Assembly: GCA_963664015.2 (NCBI GenBank)
Contig: CAXXLF010000002.1
Location: 768,001 to 832,000, forward strand
Direction: 5' to 3'
Length of the DNA: 64,000 nt
Source: Candidatus Binatia bacterium
GTDB taxonomy: Bacteria; Desulfobacterota; Binatia; UBA9968; CAXXLF01
Shown here in pieces: positions 62,874 to 64,000 of the stretch. Below the pieces are notes generated by a model. That model saw only the letters and a program-made list of their open reading frames with translations. It was not told the DNA's origin and did no database searches. Within the stretch, counting starts at the first letter, position 1; the number at the start of each line of letters is the position of its first letter. A program made the translations under genes and the position numbers.

Positions 62874-62885
62874 GGGAACCCTCCT

Positions 62886-63629
62886 TCATGAAACCCGCTT
62901 CCTGGCCGCGATGAGAGACGCAAAATAGTCAAAGGCATGGTAAGACCTGTAAATCATATTTTCCTTCATATCGTCAATATCCTTCGATGGCATAATCACT
63001 GGATTCCCTACCGAGCTGGCAACCCACTGCATATGGGCCGCCCGTTCCAGGTAGATGGCGTGGACAGTAGAATACTCTACGCTCTCTCCTACCACAACTA
63101 TCCCATGCCCCTGTAGCAACATCGCCATTCTGTCACCCAGTGTCTGGCAGATCTCAAGTCCGTCCTGAACCGTGTGAATCAAGCGGGGACTTTTGAAGAT
63201 GGGCGTTTCGGGTGCAAAAGCCGCAGCCTGGTTGTAAATGGGCTTGATCGGCACGCCTGCTACGGAAAACGCGGTAGCGAGAGGCTGGTGCGTGTGAACC
63301 ACCGAATTGACGTCGGGCCGGGCCTCATAAATCGAGGCGTGAATCATACTCTCACGAGGAGGATTTTTTAACCTGACAACCTCGCGCTTATTCCCCGCCT
63401 TGGCGTAGTTCTCTTCACAACTGGCCTTGTACTCATCGATATCCACTACCATAATATCGCGGCTGGAAACTCTTCCTAAAGGTGCGAGCACGGGTTTGAT
63501 AAGAAATTGACGGGTCCCGGGGATACGGGCGCTCACATGGCCATGATAGTCGGCAAGGCCCTGGTGAAACATGATTTGATTGCCCAAGGCTACCTTCTTT
63601 TTGAGTTCTGAGAGTTGTTTGGGGGTCAA
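62886..63629 (-). CDS. Class II aldolase/adducin family protein
   Basis: GHVSARIP, E..IH..IY..RPDVNSVVHTH, LLQGHG. Confidence 0.9.
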   Translation of the reverse strand: MTPKQLSELKKKVALGNQIMFHQGLADYHGHVSARIPGTRQFLIKPVLAPLGRVSSRDIMVVDIDEYKASCEENYAKAGNKREVVRLKNPPRESMIHASIYEARPDVNSVVHTHQPLATAFSVAGVPIKPIYNQAAAFAPETPIFKSPRLIHTVQDGLEICQTLGDRMAMLLQGHGIVVVGESVEYSTVHAIYLERAAHMQWVASSVGNPVIMPSKDIDDMKENMIYRSYHAFDYFASLIAARKRVS

Positions 63630-63771
63630 ATTATTCCTCTTTCTCTCGCTTGCTCTGGCTTAATTCGGGGGTTCAATGGGAGTCACATCAAGCAAGAAAA
63701 AATTGTTCACTTTTCATAGCACAGATTGGGGAGCAGCTGGAAGGATGCATAAGTTTCTATATTGTTTTCAG

Positions 63772-64000
63772 CTACTTAGGTGGGTTGATTGACTCCCCGT
63801 TGCTTTGCTGAGTTTTCCATTCTAGACCGTTTGTGGTAAAAATTTTCCTGTCTTGATTGGAGAAGGTGAAAATGCGTGCGGTATTACCACCAGTGAAAGA
63901 ACGACGTTTGGTAGATCGCCAACTTACAGCCTTTTTTCGGGAATATAAACCATCCGATTTTACCATTCCAGGATGCCCCATATTGAGTGGTTCGAGTATA
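63772..64000 (-). CDS. Hypothetical protein, 3' end only
   Basis: Frame open from the window edge to TAG at 63772; no motif recognised. Confidence 0.3.
   Translation of the reverse strand, partial: ILEPLNMGHPGMVKSDGLYSRKKAVSWRSTKRRSFTGGNTARIFTFSNQDRKIFTTNGLEWKTQQSNGESINPPK

Overview
Bacterial chromosomal window of moderately high GC. The gene mix (many amidohydrolases, cupins, UbiD, Rieske oxygenases, TctC/Bug and EamA paralogues) resembles uncultured Ca. Binatota-like deltaproteobacteria; this is inferred, not tested. The left two-thirds are mostly catabolic/accessory genes with many decayed genes and deletion junctions. The right third is core-like: tRNA-Asn, an ABC exporter pair, ispH and a sigma54-type amtB-glnA-PII operon. 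The most notable unexplained structure is a series of four related junctions (37881, 42721, 47485 and the tRNA-Asn 3' end at 48637), each a conserved hairpin followed by a TGGCTCCCC-like core. They divide the DNA downstream of tRNA-Asn into three tandem segments with no integrase, carrying a toxin-antitoxin pair, a carbamoyltransferase locus, and a cupin/Rieske set. A second feature is a short palindromic repeat family (TGAAGCCTCCACGGGCTTACGCCCGTGG) whose end overlaps gene start or stop codons. All calls come from reading the sequence and recalled family motifs; no searches were run.
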